Source: Hydrolagus colliei
Taxonomy: Eukaryota
Assembly: GCA_035084275.1 (NCBI GenBank)
Contig: CM068748.1
Span: forward strand, 11,036,001 to 11,100,000
Direction of reading: 5' to 3'
Length of the DNA stretch: 64,000 nt
Positions within the stretch are counted from its first letter, which is position 1, and each line of letters opens with the position of its first letter. Below are positions 25,579 to 39,003 of the stretch, in pieces. The notes beneath the pieces are model-generated. The model saw only the letters and a program-made list of their open reading frames with translations. It was not told the origin of the DNA and did not search any database. The translations under genes were made by a program, and so were the position numbers.

Positions 25579-27339
25579 TAGCAGGAGACAGCTATAATTA
25601 ATTCTACCAACATATCTACCCAAGTCAAAGTTTCTTTTTGAACTTTAAAAAAAAAGTTCCTCTAAAACAACAATGGTACCGCACAAGTGTATTCAAATGC
25701 TGCTTTTATACTTCTGAGAAAAATTGCAATGTGTATTTGACAACTGTTTTATACTTTCTGCTCTACATCACTTTGAAATAGGACCAGAGCTGCTTTGCAC
25801 TACATGTGAAGTAATGCAGTATAAGTGGATCTGACATTTGCAAACCATACATCCATTTTTTGTTTGTGTTTTTCTAGCACAGGCCGGAGTTTTTATTTTT
25901 ATGCACCATCTAGGATGTCAAGCATCACGACAAAAAGATCTTTGCTCAGTACCTTGCTTCTGAGCAGCACATTCGGAGGGAGGTTTCTCAGTTGCACTGC
26001 TTTATGAACAATTAAAAAAAAATGTATTATTGCATTCTTAAATAGGAATGTCATTTTTTACATTAATGTAATTCCCCAACACAATGCGCAATGGTTTAAT
26101 ACTTTTTTAATTTGTCCCAAAAAATTATGTTCTAGGTTACTTTTGAAAATGATGCGTTATCTTTGCAAATGAAGGAATATTTTATACTACGTATATACTA
26201 CGTCCAAATTGAAGCCAGATTTTAAATATCCAGGCCGATTACATATATGTACATATATGTGTTTGTAAAACACATTTGGGGTTTTATTATGTTTTATTTT
26301 ATGTAGTATTGGTATGTATTTTATTTAACCTAGATTTGTTAAATAATCTACTGCTCTATTTGGCTCATGCTGCCTGTATTAGAGAATAACAAATTTGGTG
26401 GGTAGAAATTAATGAGAAAACTACTGTCTACATGTCACTGAATGAATGAACAATCAACTGCTTTACTACCAATTCTAGTTTATATCTGGACAGCTCAGAT
26501 GAAAAACAACTGCTGTCTCACTTCCACACAAATTCTCCCAAGACAATCCTGATCATTTTATAAATAAATAGGTTGTTATACAATATTGCCTTCACACCTG
26601 AAGTAAGATACAACAATAACTTGCACTTATATAACACCCTCCACGTCCTGTAGTGTCTCAGAGAGCTTAAAATCATTAAGATATGGTTAAATCTGTCCTC
26701 ATTACTGAATGTCAGGAGAACTGTTGTAAATATCGAGTCCTTCCTGTTCTTAAATGTTGAATAAAAACAATCCTTTACATTGTGTCTCCTCATTATCACT
26801 CTGTTCATTTATTTGAGTCAGAACTGTTACCCAATAGATATTTACACAAAAATGCACTCCATAATCACTTCAATAAATCTAGCTTGATTAACTCATTTTA
26901 TGTTAAACCCAAGCAAATGTTTTTTGAATGTACTGAAAGTAGACATCATTATACAGTGAAATCTGTCTCTAAACCCCTAGAGCTGCAGAAAAGAATCACC
27001 AGTGAAAGTTACATCCAGAATACAACAATGACCGACTTTACAACCAAGAGAAAAGTTGTATTCCTGAACACTCTTAGTTGTTGTATATCTGGATATCTAA
27101 AATGCGGATACAGTCCATGTACTGAAAAGCGATGGTTATCTCACTCCCTTAACAAGTAATCTTCCCAGTAGATATAAATCATGTTATGAAGTACTGTTGT
27201 AAGCTTTCATACTATCTAGACCTCAAAGGATGAATTAATATGTATAGTACTTGTATCTGCCATCTTTTGCTTAGGTGAGATATGGTAGAAGTTATGTTTT
27301 AAAATGTTTCCTTTCTCTGGTTACCCAATTATAATAAAT

Positions 27340-27445
27340 AATAATTATGCTTGCATTTGATAAAGTGCCTTTCATGTCAGAGGACGTCGCAAAGCACTTT
27401 ATGGAATTTATTACACTGTGCAGTGACTGTATTTTGTAGGCAACC
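27340..27445 (-). mobile_element. SINE 3' tail fragment
   Basis: ataattatgcttgcatttgataaagtgcctttcatgtc...caaagcacttt, same tail as 16160-16447. Confidence 0.6.
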
Positions 27446-28112
27446 AATTAGCTTTTATTTGGATTTATGACTTAGTTATTATCCATTTCACCAATAAAAA
27501 GATAATTATTTCTGTCATTTGAATCAATTTAACAAACCTGAATTTTGCAAAGTACAGGGTACAAATATTTCAGCTATAGTGAACTTAAGAGATTGATTAA
27601 AAAGCAGGTTGTCCCATTTCAGTCCTCCTTGTATCCAGCTTCTTGAGCCAAATTCTAGTACTATATATCAATAAATAACAGAAGTATTTCCTTATTTTCA
27701 GTCTGCTTTTCATATGCAACCATTAATTGAGTTGTTTCATGTTTACAGAATAAAAAAGACACATTTTGAACTGGAACTTATGTGTTCGTCTAAACCTCTA
27801 GAATGAAGCTAAAGATGGATCGAAATTTTTTTATATGGGGTTGTGTGGGGATGGTCGGAAGGAAGGAGGGAAAGATTAGCACTGAAAAGACTCACAAATA
27901 AACAATCATAAATTGTCTTTGCAAGAATCATCACAGAGACGCTAGCAATCAATTGCATCTGATTTCATCAATTAAATTTGAGGATTATTTTAAAAACAGG
28001 TGCCCACCAAATCATGCAGTGTTCTTTACAGTTATTGGGATGACATGGTGTCCTCCATTTAGCGGTAATTGAATAGATATGAACTAGGTCTCAAGTTTGC
28101 CGTCAGACTTAC

Positions 28113-28199
28113 CAGTTTTTGTTGAAGCTGTGTAATCATCTCATCCTTCCTTTTCATTTCTTCCTGCAGCTCTTTGATCTCATTGAGAAGCTCCTCCGT
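28113..28199 (-). CDS. CCSER2: CCSER2 87-nt coding exon, coiled coil (TEELLNEIKELQEEMKRKDEMITQLQQKL)
   Basis: Acceptor aatgaacag|ACG, donor CTG|gtaagt; phase 0-0; matches recalled human NEDLLNEIKQLKDEIKKKDEKIQLLELQL. Confidence 0.92.
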
Positions 28200-28580
28200 C
28201 TGTTCATTATATATATTAAAAAATTAGCCATTAGGCAACAGTACAGTTAACAAAATGGATGACATACCCTTACAGGTAATGACAATTGAGGCACAGGTTC
28301 AGTGCAGTACAACAGTATTAATAAACTTGTGTGTTTGGGTTTTCTGGATTTCTCTTCTGAAAGTGACAATTTATGTTTATTCAGCTTATACTGTACATTT
28401 CTACATGGATGGAATCTCCCCTTCTTCTGTGGTCATTGTTCAAAGTGAGTTGAGCTAGTGTTGAGTTAGCAGATGACTTGACAGTAAGTGACACTAAAAA
28501 CTAGAGTTGAACCCAATTCTGTGTCGATCCAAATGGCAATATTTTTTATAGCACCTTTCACCACAGTAGAATTGATAATA

Positions 28581-28763
28581 CAGTAAAAGCCTGTTTATCC
28601 GGCACCTGATCAACCGTAATTTTTGCATTCGGTTAACCAGAATTTATCCGGAAAATGCATTGAATTTTTTTTTTTTTTTTTTCGTTTTCGGCCGAATATC
28701 TAGCACGTGCTTTAACCGGCATTGGCCAGGTCCCGAGGGTGCCGGATAAACAGGCTTTTACTG
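28581..28763 (+). mobile_element. Tigger/pogo-type MITE with perfect 26-bp TIRs
   Basis: TA|CAGTAAAAGCCTGTTTATCCGGCACC ... GGTGCCGGATAAACAGGCTTTTACTG|TA. Confidence 0.95.
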
Positions 28764-29095
28764 TATCTGTTTTCTTACTTGCAGGCAGGAAAAAATATAA
28801 ACATTAATGCAGAGTACTGATATCATTATAAACTAATGTTTATGCTCAAAAGTATTTTGGTGATACAAGTGACATTGCTTTTGTAAATGAATTGTGATAA
28901 TAGACATAAGACCTCCCTTATTCACATGAGGAACTGTTGCTAAATTCAATGCCATAACCACTTAATAGATTATTATTGTTACTTATTATATTCAAGGATA
29001 GTTCCTTGGCTCTTTAGAATGTCTTCAATTTTATTCATCTCTATTGTTAATGACCAGGACAGTAACCAAATTTCATTTAACAAATTATTATTATT

Positions 29096-29357
29096 AATAA
29101 TAATAATCCTTGCATTTGATATAGCGCTTTTCACATCTTCTAGATGTCTCAAAGCGCTTCCTTAAATATACTGTAAAGTGAATTGACTATATGTGGGCAA
29201 AACGCGGCAACCGATTGCACACAGTTGTGTCCCACAAACAGTTGTAGATTGAAACGACCAATTTTTTTTTAGGGATTATTAATAGGAATAAGGAAACTTG
29301 CCCAAGGTTTCACCCTGCCTGAAAATGAACCCAGGTCTAACCACTGAGCTACAGGAC
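29096..29357 (-). mobile_element. tRNA-derived SINE, near full length with a deletion in the head
   Basis: Colinear with 16160-16447; head gtcctgtagctcagtggtt; (ATT)n tail. Confidence 0.9.
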
Positions 29358-31250
29358 TCCACTATTATCTGATATTAACAGTGATACTCCATATAGATTG
29401 TGACACTGCAGTCTGAAGTCTGCTGCATCTGCTTCTCATTCTGTGCTGTGTCTCACATCTCATCACAGCCAATCCTGACATCACAGCCTCACACATCACA
29501 CAGACAGAAATATAGTCCTCCATTTTATTGTGATACCAATACAATACACAATTACATATGTATAGCGCCTTTAGAGCATATTAATGGGCAAATTAAATGT
29601 ACTCACAAATTATGTTGTAGGAAATGGTGTTCAATAACCAATGGAATACATAAATGTATGTATTCCATTGATTAATAAAACACAATAAAAAATCAATTGC
29701 AGAATCTAATCTAATTATAGTACTTATTGAGGTAATGTTTGGCCTTTAGGTTCTTAAAGCATAAATAATGCAGCAAAACTCCTTTGGTTTGCAGTTAAAA
29801 TCTTCAGGGCCAAGTGTGACAAACAATGATTGACAGTACAGATAAACCATTTTATTTGGCTTTGCAGCATTATCTTATGTTCAACTCCTCACAAAAACTA
29901 ATAGTGCCATTCAATTCATTTACTTACCTTGAAAAAATAATTTCCCTCTAATGCTTTATTTCTTCTGGAGACCATATCTACTTATTTGGATTTTTCTAAA
30001 AACAACAGAATATTGTTCCATGCTGTGCCTTACTCAGACTGTATTCAATTTGAAAAAGACAGCATTCTGGGTCTGCAGCAAACTGCCTCAGGGACAAAAC
30101 AACTTGGCATTATTCAGGGGAATTCTTTGAATTCTTTGCTTTCCTTAAGCGAAAGGTTACAAAGAAACTTTGTTAAAAAATAAATTTTTTAGATTGACGT
30201 CAATTTTTCAATATCTCAATGCCTTGAGAAAAGATCCGGTTAACACTCACTATGGTCTGTGGAATAAAATACACCAGCAATGACACCTTATCCTGAACTT
30301 TAATTACTGTCTCTGGGCTAATTGAGTATCAAAAAATAACTAATCCGATTTAAATATTTCTTCTTTAAGTACACCAATATTTCAGATATTTTTACATATC
30401 GTGGATGGTTCATGAATATCCAAAATTGTTCTGCACCATAATAAAGCCATTTTTATCTTTATTGAAGCAGGCTATGATGCATGATACACAACCAACTTTC
30501 TGTTCACAAGTTACACTTTTGACATAAAATGCTTGAATATATGCTTTGATAGAGCATTTGATAACACAGTGGTAGGAATAATTCTAGCATCATATCCCTA
30601 AAATTTGGTTTGTAAATTGAGATTAACAGTATTAAGATTTCCTGTATGTCAGATTGATACACAAGTGAGAGTGGGGCAAAACCAGCTTTGAGGGTTGATT
30701 TTCTGAACAAACAATCGATGGCGATATCCTCAGGCTGCAACATTCTAATTTCCCAATCAGATACAATCAGGAGAGATAAACATTTTCATATCATTTACCA
30801 CCATCGCCCCTATCTCTTCCCCAGCACTGAGATCCATCCTCAACCATGCATTCATCACATCCAGGCTCAACTATGCCCCTGCAGATAAAATTCAAGTAGT
30901 TTTCTCATTTTCTAATCCCTCCATTTGCGTGACAAAGTGGGTGAAGCAACAGTAACAAGGCATTTTTTTAAAACTGATCTTAGTGCAATTCTGAAATTTG
31001 ATGTTCAATACGATACCGTCAATTTTGCAGAACAATGTTTTTTTTGTCAGCTGAGTGAAATGCTAATTTACCCTTAGAATATCCTGCAGCTGTCATAAAC
31101 ATCAATTTCATTTCAACTAGTCTAGGGTAGATTCAAATCCATATTGTATATATAAATACAATTTGTTGTTGTGATTCTCCTTATACCTTACTAACTAGTT
31201 TTGTCTATATGCATTATTATTATACAAAAATAAGCAGTTTACTATTAGTA

Positions 31251-32047
31251 CAGCAGAAGCCCGTTTATCTGTGACCCGATCAACCGTAACTTCCGTATTA
31301 CCGGCAGTGTAAAAAAAAGGTCCGCATTCGATAAACCAGAATTTATCCAGAAAAAAGCAGTTTTGTTGGTGTTTTGTGTTGTGTCAATATTTTGGAATGC
31401 TGCTACTAGGTGTCTGATGGTGGCACTAGCTCAGAGTGCTGCTGGTACTGTAAAGCAATGCACTTTCCGGAGTGTACTCTTTGAGAGGTAGCCACAGTGG
31501 GGTGAGTTGATTAATTTAGATTTAATTTAGTCACAAAACAGCAAAACACACATCAAACCTGAGCAAAGCTTGCAAACCAATTCATTGGCTTTTATTTTAA
31601 TAAAAAACTCATCCGTGCAATGCTCGTTTTACAGAGTGCAGTGTTTCAAGTTAGTGCACAGTACACACACACACAGGCATCGCAAGGCTTTCTTGGAAAG
31701 AAAGTTAACTGAACTGAGCAGCCGCCGCTCACTCTCTGCTTTCTCAATAACACAAGCTTTCCTCTCTTCTGCCCCCAATGAGAACAGTGTCATTCAGACG
31801 TGTAATTTTTGCACTAGTTTACAGATCTCTCTGAACTGCCCGGTCGCTGTGTGTAAAATGACTAGACTATAATTATTATTTATATATTATATTATCATAT
31901 AAATGATTATTTAGTCTATTATTAATTTGCTATGTTTTAACAAATTAAATTTATTTTCGTGTTGGGTTTTCCGCTGAATATCCAGCAGGCACTTTAACTG
32001 GCACTGGCTAGGTCTCGAGGATGCCGGATATATATGGGCTTTTACTG
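31251..32047 (+). mobile_element. Long (~800 bp) Tigger/pogo-type non-autonomous element
   Basis: TA|CAGCAGAAGCCCGTTTATCTG ... GCCGGATATATATGGGCTTTTACTG|TA; same subterminal blocks as the short MITEs, different interior. Confidence 0.8.
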
Positions 32048-33266
32048 TATTATGGATAGCTTTTGAAAACATCATTTAAAGCACACAATTAATTTTTCAT
32101 TCTCAAGCCTTCTTCTAACTCTTTACTCCTAGGTTTAGAATGTGCAACCCATTTTAATGATAAATTATACCAACCTGTTTTTCATCAGCCATTTTATTAC
32201 AACTTAATGTAATTTATGGAAACCTTAACCTGGTGGCATCTTTAATTTATTTTTACTTAAAGTGTAACTTTGGAGTATTGAAACCGAACGGCAACTTTCA
32301 TGATTACATTAGCATAAATGCAGTGGTCAGAATTTAAGAAACATGAGAAATATGGAATGGGCAATCAAATCCTTTTCTGTAGCTTCAAACTTTAAATTCT
32401 TCTCTACTGTATCGGAGCAGTTAATCATTTGCAGTTTAATACCTACTCACAGGTATCTGAAATATTCCAAACACTGAACAGGTTTGGCACAACAGTCCTT
32501 TGCTCAAAATACAATTTTACAAATATCTTGAAATTTAAAAGATTCAATACCTTGAAATTTTGACTCTGTATACTGACTCTTAGGTCCATCAACTCAAGCA
32601 ATGCATGTCTTAAACTGCATGGCAATGCTGCATGATAGGCACCAAAGATGGGGGTAGGAGCTAAATGTAGTGGAGAGCACAAAGATGACCGAAAGCATCA
32701 TCAAATACCAACAACAGGATAGAATGAGGTTTTATAAAAGCTACAATTACACAAGTAAATCTGAGACTGAGTAGGAAGTCGTTAGAAATAAGGGACAACT
32801 TACAATCATTTCTGAAAATGTTAGTAATTACTGTTTCCTATGTTGGGTGTATTCTATCTAGAAAGCATATACTGACTGAAAAATGTTTGTGTAAAACATT
32901 GCATTACAGAATAATAACAACAACAAGAACAACAAAATTACATAAATGAGAGTGTCTGATTGATATTACATTAAAAAAAAGCAGTGTCTGAGCAAATACA
33001 GGGCAGGGAATTAAAAGGTGTTCAGAGGTAGGCAGATATAAGAAAGCATGCAAAATAGTACATAATTTGGAAGATATTCCAAATGTTGTAAATGTGAGCA
33101 AAAGGACCAAATAAATTGTGTTAAGAAAGAGTAAAATGCAAAAATATAAAGAGAAGGGGATAAAGAAATAAGCGAAACCCTGATCAAGCAATTGAAAACA
33201 AAAATAAATGTGATTTTTCAGGAGTCATTGAGGTGTCTTGCAAAAGTATTACTGCAAAATTAGATA

Positions 33267-33473
33267 CAGTAAAAGCTTGTTTGTCTGACACCCGATCAAC
33301 TGTAATTTCCGTATAACCGGCACCCAAAAAAAAGGTCTGCATTCAATTAACCGGAATTTATCCAGAAAAATGCATTAATTTTTTTTTTTTTGCGTTTTTG
33401 GCTGAATATTCGGCACGCGCTTTAACCGGCATTGGCCAGGTTTGGTGGGTGCCGGATAAATGGGCTTTTACTG
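33267..33473 (+). mobile_element. Tigger/pogo-type MITE
   Basis: TA|CAGTAAAAGCTTGTTTGTCTGACACC ... GGTGCCGGATAAATGGGCTTTTACTG|TA. Confidence 0.9.
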
Positions 33474-33604
33474 TATAACTAAAATACACTGTACTGTAGT
33501 GGCATTTTAATATAATAAGGAACTGAACATACTTATGTATAATATGTTTGCCTATACTTTAGCAATAAGGATGTAACTTATAAATATATAAATGCTTATT
33601 AATG

Positions 33605-33825
33605 AACCACACTACAATCATCTTCCACATACCTTCGCCTCACTTCCTTCTTCAAGGCTGGTCTCAGGACCCTCCTTTTTGATCGTGCCTTCTGTTGCCC
33701 TCCTACTTCTCTACCTCCCCACCCTGCCCCGCCCCCATGCTCAGGTTCCAACCCTTGACTGTTCAGTGCCTTAAGACCTCCTGATGTGAAAAGTGCTATA
33801 TAAATGTAATTTTGTTGTTGTTGTT
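33605..33825 (+). mobile_element. L2 LINE 3' end
   Basis: ttcaaggctggtctcaggaccctcctttttga (FKAGLRTLLF) ... gtgctatataaatgtaattttgttgttgttgttg. Confidence 0.8.
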
Positions 33826-35450
33826 GCAAGATTGCATATACTGCAAGACTGCTCACTGTATATTGAATTATTGAAGATCCTGATAGCAAGAATGTATGTT
33901 GGGTAAAATTCTACTCTGAAGCTATTTTCACACCACGACTTTGGTGTGGCAGAAAATGATTTTTTTCTGAAACACATTACTGACTTATTTTCAATCAATT
34001 TACATAAGTGCAAGATAGACTCAATTCCAGCTGAAAAAAAAACTTGTATTTTTCGCATGATTAAGTATTAGCATATAAACACATTGAATAATTCAGTGTC
34101 AAATTGCAAAATAAACCCTAGCATGCTTCAAATAGTTAAGATGTCACAGTGCAGCAATAGTCAATCTATTTCCCTGCTAGGCTAAGATGCTCAGTTCCTC
34201 CGATCAGTTCTTCCTCACCACATAAACAATACAACCTTCTGTTGATGAAAAAAGCATCCTCAAATCCCTCTGCTGCACACCTTCTCTTCCTTCTTTGAAT
34301 CTTTTTTTTTGACTACCTTTGGTCATCTTCCCTCTACACCTCTTCTCCTGCCTAGCTCAGTGTCCCACACTCTTGATGTAAAGTTCTGTGAAATATTCTC
34401 ATCGTAAAGTACTATGAAAGGCACCACATAAATTTAAGATGATGATGTATAATGTTAGCGATGTTCATGTGGTGAGCTGTAACATGACTTGCATGGTTCA
34501 TGTATAACAGGATAATTCATAGTATGATGCTTGTGAACTATGATTATATTGATATGAATCATGTATAGCGGTAATAATTAAAAGTATCCTTGCATTTGAT
34601 CCAGTATTATTTCCCCTCACAGCTAACATTATCATAAACCATCTAATATCTACCCATATCACTGTCTTCATCTCTCCAGTATATGTCCTGGAGGAAATCT
34701 TCACACTCGCCAAATCTCAGCCAATCAAATAAAACAGCATATTCTTCCCTCTATCTTTGCTCAATATGCAAGTCAAATAGGCTGTGTACATCTCTCCTCC
34801 ATTAATTGTAAGGACCTGGATCATATTTCCCCTTATGGATTCCTTTGTGTATTCCACTCACATCCCACATAGAATTAACAACAGCTTATTATTATCTATT
34901 CTGCGAAAGGCTTCTGGTTATGTCAGTATAGAGTACTTAGTAAAGATATTTGTTTCTACAACCCACATGAGTGTTACCACAATGTAATAATCCCATAGGG
35001 CAAAGGTTTATTGGAAACTGCAGAAAGATCAGAATAATTTTCAACATGTGGTAATCAATGACCCACAATTTACTGGCTGATACTCCGATGCCCCAACAGT
35101 TTGAAAAAAGCCAATTTTTGATAAATTGTGAAAATGCAATTTTAAAAAAAAATTCTGCCTGAAACTTTGAGAAAGTTTTTTTGAGACATTCTCCAGGACA
35201 TGAAATTCAAAAAGACTCACATATAGAAAATTTCCAACCGGAAAATTCTGTATTGATGTGTAAAATGTGAATATGGCAAATAAAAATATATGATATATTT
35301 TTTAAAGAGGGAATTAAATAAGAAACATGCTTAATTTTGCAAGGAAATTTCCCAACTTATGGTGCTCATAATTTTAATACTTGATTGCAAAACAGGAAAA
35401 ATCCCATGCACCTAAACAACTAACAAAAGGCGATGGCGAGAGTGGACGCC

Positions 35451-35820
35451 AACAACAACAATAAATTGCATTTATAAACACCTTTCACGTCAGTTTTGTA
35501 GTCAACGGTTTTGCACCAAATGCATGGTCAAAGAGATGGGCTTTGAAAGGGAGTCAAGGGAGGCAAGGGAGTGGGCAAGCCAAAGGGATTCCATGATGGG
35601 AGTTCCAGAGGGTCAAGACAGACAAGGTGAAAGCTGATGGTGGGGCCAGCAGGGCGAGGACCTGGAGCAGGCAGGCTGAGTAGAAGCAGCGGGAAGATAA
35701 GTAAACTTTTAGTAAACTGCAGAAGCAGAAATAAGTCAGACCATGTAGGGCTTTGAAAATGAGGACTTGGATCTTAAACTTGATCCTCTGGGGAATGGAC
35801 AGCAAATGAAGCCTGGCGAC
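35451..35820 (-). mobile_element. L2 LINE 3' fragment
   Basis: ARLHLLSIPQRIKFKIQVLIFKALHG...LWNS; (TTG) tail at 35451. Confidence 0.75.
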
Positions 35821-36129
35821 AACAAATTCTTTGAATGGTATAATAGTCAGGAAAGACATTAAAATCTTGAAAAAACAGAAGGTGGTTAAGAAGAAAATGA
35901 ACATGAGATAACAAACGTATTAAACAACTTGGAGTAAGAAATAGGGAATACTGTGGAATAATAAACACTGACACAGACTTGTTGGGCTGAGCGGTCTGAT
36001 TCCATGCTGTACATTCTTTATTAATATTTTTACTTCCTGGATGTTTTTAAACTAGGAAGGACATTTTAAAAAAATCTGTTGTCAACATTCAGTAAATATT
36101 GGTTGAACTTCAGGACTTTTGACGTAAGT

Positions 36130-37230
36130 AACGCTGAGGCTCTAGATAAGCTCAAGGAAGTGAAAGGTAACATTTTTCTGGGATGGATTACTGAATCCCA
36201 GGGTTCTTTCAGACAAGGCAAAGATCACTGAAACCATGACACATAATGAAGGAGTCAATCACCACTAATGAAGTTCCAACCGACTGGCAGTAAGCGAATA
36301 GGGTTCCCATATTCAAGAAAGGCAGCAGAAACCACATATGACCATTACAGACCTATTTCCGTGCCAAGTCAATCATCAGAAAGAACATGGAAGATGCCTG
36401 ACAAACCAGGCCTATTGAGGTGACATGCTAAATTGAAGCTGTATAAACTACTGTTTCTAGGTTTCCAAGAAGATGACTGACAAAGTATCACATAAGAGAC
36501 TCCTTTACAAACTGACAGTACCAAAGTAACAAATGGACAGTTTTGAAATTGGCTGAAGGAAAGGAAGCAGAGGGTAGTTATTAGGGGGAGCTAAATCAAA
36601 ATGGGAGAGATATTTAATGCTGAAAGCTTAGGTATGTATAGTGGAACTACTACTATTCTTTAGATAAATTAATGATGTAGATTTACAGTCTTAATGTAAA
36701 GTACTGTAATTATATTCACAGATTATACAAATTGGAGGGAACTGTGGAATCAAAAGATGCAATAAAGAAAGCTTGATAGATTATGCCCATGAAGTGATGA
36801 TTGACAAATGCATTCCAAGAGTTAAAGGAACAGGATATAAGAAGTACAAATAGAGGACACACACACTCCATAGATATGGGACACAACTTGCCAAGGGGGA
36901 AGCTGAAAGAGAACTAGGGATGTTAGCTGACTCATTGTTCAGCACATGAAAAAATATGAGGCAGCAATAAACAAATAAACAGGCTGCTGGGCTACATTGT
37001 CAAATCAGTTCACATCAGATCCCCAAAGCCACGCTATGTTCAGGCTGCATCTGGGGTACTGCATACATTTCTGATTGCTGTGAAATTTAGGAGCCTTGCA
37101 GCAGTGCAGAGGATATTCCCTAGTGATAGAGGATTGAGCTATGATAATTAGCCAAGTCAATGCTCTTCAGCTTTGAAGAAAGAGGTCTCAGAGTAGTTCT
37201 TATGGAGGTATGTAAGATTTTAAATAGGAA
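36130..37230 (+). mobile_element. Old CR1 LINE ORF2 remnant
   Basis: VPIFKKG, YRPIS, DKVSHKRLL, ERELGML, LFSFEExGLRxVLMEVCKI motifs in CR1 order with many lesions. Confidence 0.75.
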
Positions 37231-37655
37231 TGCAAATCAATAGGAGTCTATTGTCCAGATATTGGGTGAAGTGGGTGTTTTGAGTTTTTGTGATTTTAAG
37301 TTTACATTTTTTGTTGAAGCATAAGTCTGGAGCAAAAAAAAGCAATCATGCAGATTACAGGTTTTGGAACTTTCTATTAATGCCTCTGTGGCTGAGTTTA
37401 AGACAGTTAAGCTTTTCTATTCAAGAAATCTAGAAGTGTGAAGAATGTGGTCACAGAGCAGAGACCATTTTTAAAAATTGGACAAATATTAGTCCACTCT
37501 AAAAGTGTTGAGGCAAATTATTTGCAGTAGGAAAATAGAAAATGATGTGTGATGATCTAAAGGGCAAGGGGAGAGTTCTTCAACTTTCTATTCAACATTA
37601 ATTAATGTTATGCATGTCGTGTTATATATGTTAAAAATGACTACCCAGGCAACAG

Positions 37656-38147
37656 TCATAGAATCATAGAATCATAGAATATTACGGCACAGAAGGAGGC
37701 CATTTGGCCCATCGAGTTTGTGCCAGCTCTTTGACCGAGCAAGTCACTTTCATTAACCCCAATTACCAACTTTCTCCCCATAACCCTGCAAACCTGTCTT
37801 CCCCAGATACCCATCTAGTTCTCTCTTAAAAGCTGCTATCGAATCGGACCTCACTACCCTTTCAGGCAGATCATTCCAAATTCAAACAACTCGCTGAGTA
37901 AAAAAATTTCTTCTAATCTCCCCTCTGCTTCTTTTGGTAGATATCTTAAGACCATGACCACAGGTCACAGACACACCTACCAGCAGAAACAGCTTTTCCC
38001 TATCTTGCCTGTCGAAACCTTTCATGATCTTGAAAACCTCTATCAGGTCCCCGCGTAACCTTCTCTGCTCTAATGAGAAAAGTCCTAACTTCTCCAGCCT
38101 GTCCTCATAGCTAAGGTTCCCCATTCCTGGTATCATTCTCGTGAATC
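37656..38147 (-). mobile_element. Young 5'-truncated CR1 LINE (ORF2 C-terminus, 3' UTR, octamer tail)
   Basis: MIPGMGNLSYEDRLEKLGLFSLEQRRLRGDLIEVFKIMKGFD...NFFTQRVV; (ATTCTATG)n terminal repeat seen as tcatagaa x3. Confidence 0.95.
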
Positions 38148-38699
38148 CTTACGGTAACATTAACATGAGGCTTCAAATAATACTTAAAAATAGAAAATTT
38201 GATTTGTATTGCGCCTTTCACGATGGGTTTATGTCCCAAGATCCTGAAGTATAGTACTTTTCATTCAATATACAATTTACACACAAGTCCCCCATTAAAC
38301 TTCAGGAATGGTAATGAATCTTTATCCAATGTAAATTATATACCAGAACTTGAGTTGTTCCTCAACGCTTGCGGTTTCAGGGTCAACAGAAAACGTCTGC
38401 ATATTTCACATATTGAATAGTCAGTAATGTTTTGTTAGTTTTCCCAATGACATTGCTAAAGATTACTTTCCTATTCTTGTGGGGTTTTGAGGACTGCTTC
38501 CACCTCACCATGTAGAATATTTAATACTTAATTAATTCTGACATTTCGTAGTATTTTTAAATTGCTCAATTAAAAAGGAAACCTGTAATGAATCCAAATT
38601 CACCATTTAGTACCAGAAGCCAACAGTAACTGAACTATATAAAAGTAGAACATCAACAGTTTCAGCAAGAAAGTCAGAAATAAAATAAAATTTACATCA

Positions 38700-39003
38700 T
38701 CATAATAATAATCCTTCCAAACAAAACACAATAATAAAAATTGTTCATTTTCAATCCATGACTGTTTGTGGGATATTGCTGTGTGCAATTGTCTGCCGTG
38801 TTTCGCCCACAAACATACAGTCAAATTCACTTTACAACATATTCTGTGAAGCGCTTTGAGATGTCGATAATAATAATAATCCATCCTTGCATTTCATATA
38901 GCGGTTTTCACAAGTTATTGATGTCTCAAAGCGCTTCACAGAATATACTGTACAGTGAATAAGATGTGAAAAGCGCTACATCAATGCAAGGATTATTATT
39001 ATT
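38700..39003 (+). mobile_element. 5'-truncated SINE containing an antisense SINE tail (38867-38960)
   Basis: Core tttgtgggatattgctgtgtgcaattgtctgccg; tail split at gagatgtcg | aagatgtgaaaagcgctaca by an inverted tail. Confidence 0.85.

Noticed and set aside
26241-26260. 20-bp palindrome acatatatgtacatatatgt
   Set aside because: Low-complexity AT repeat; palindromy is trivial
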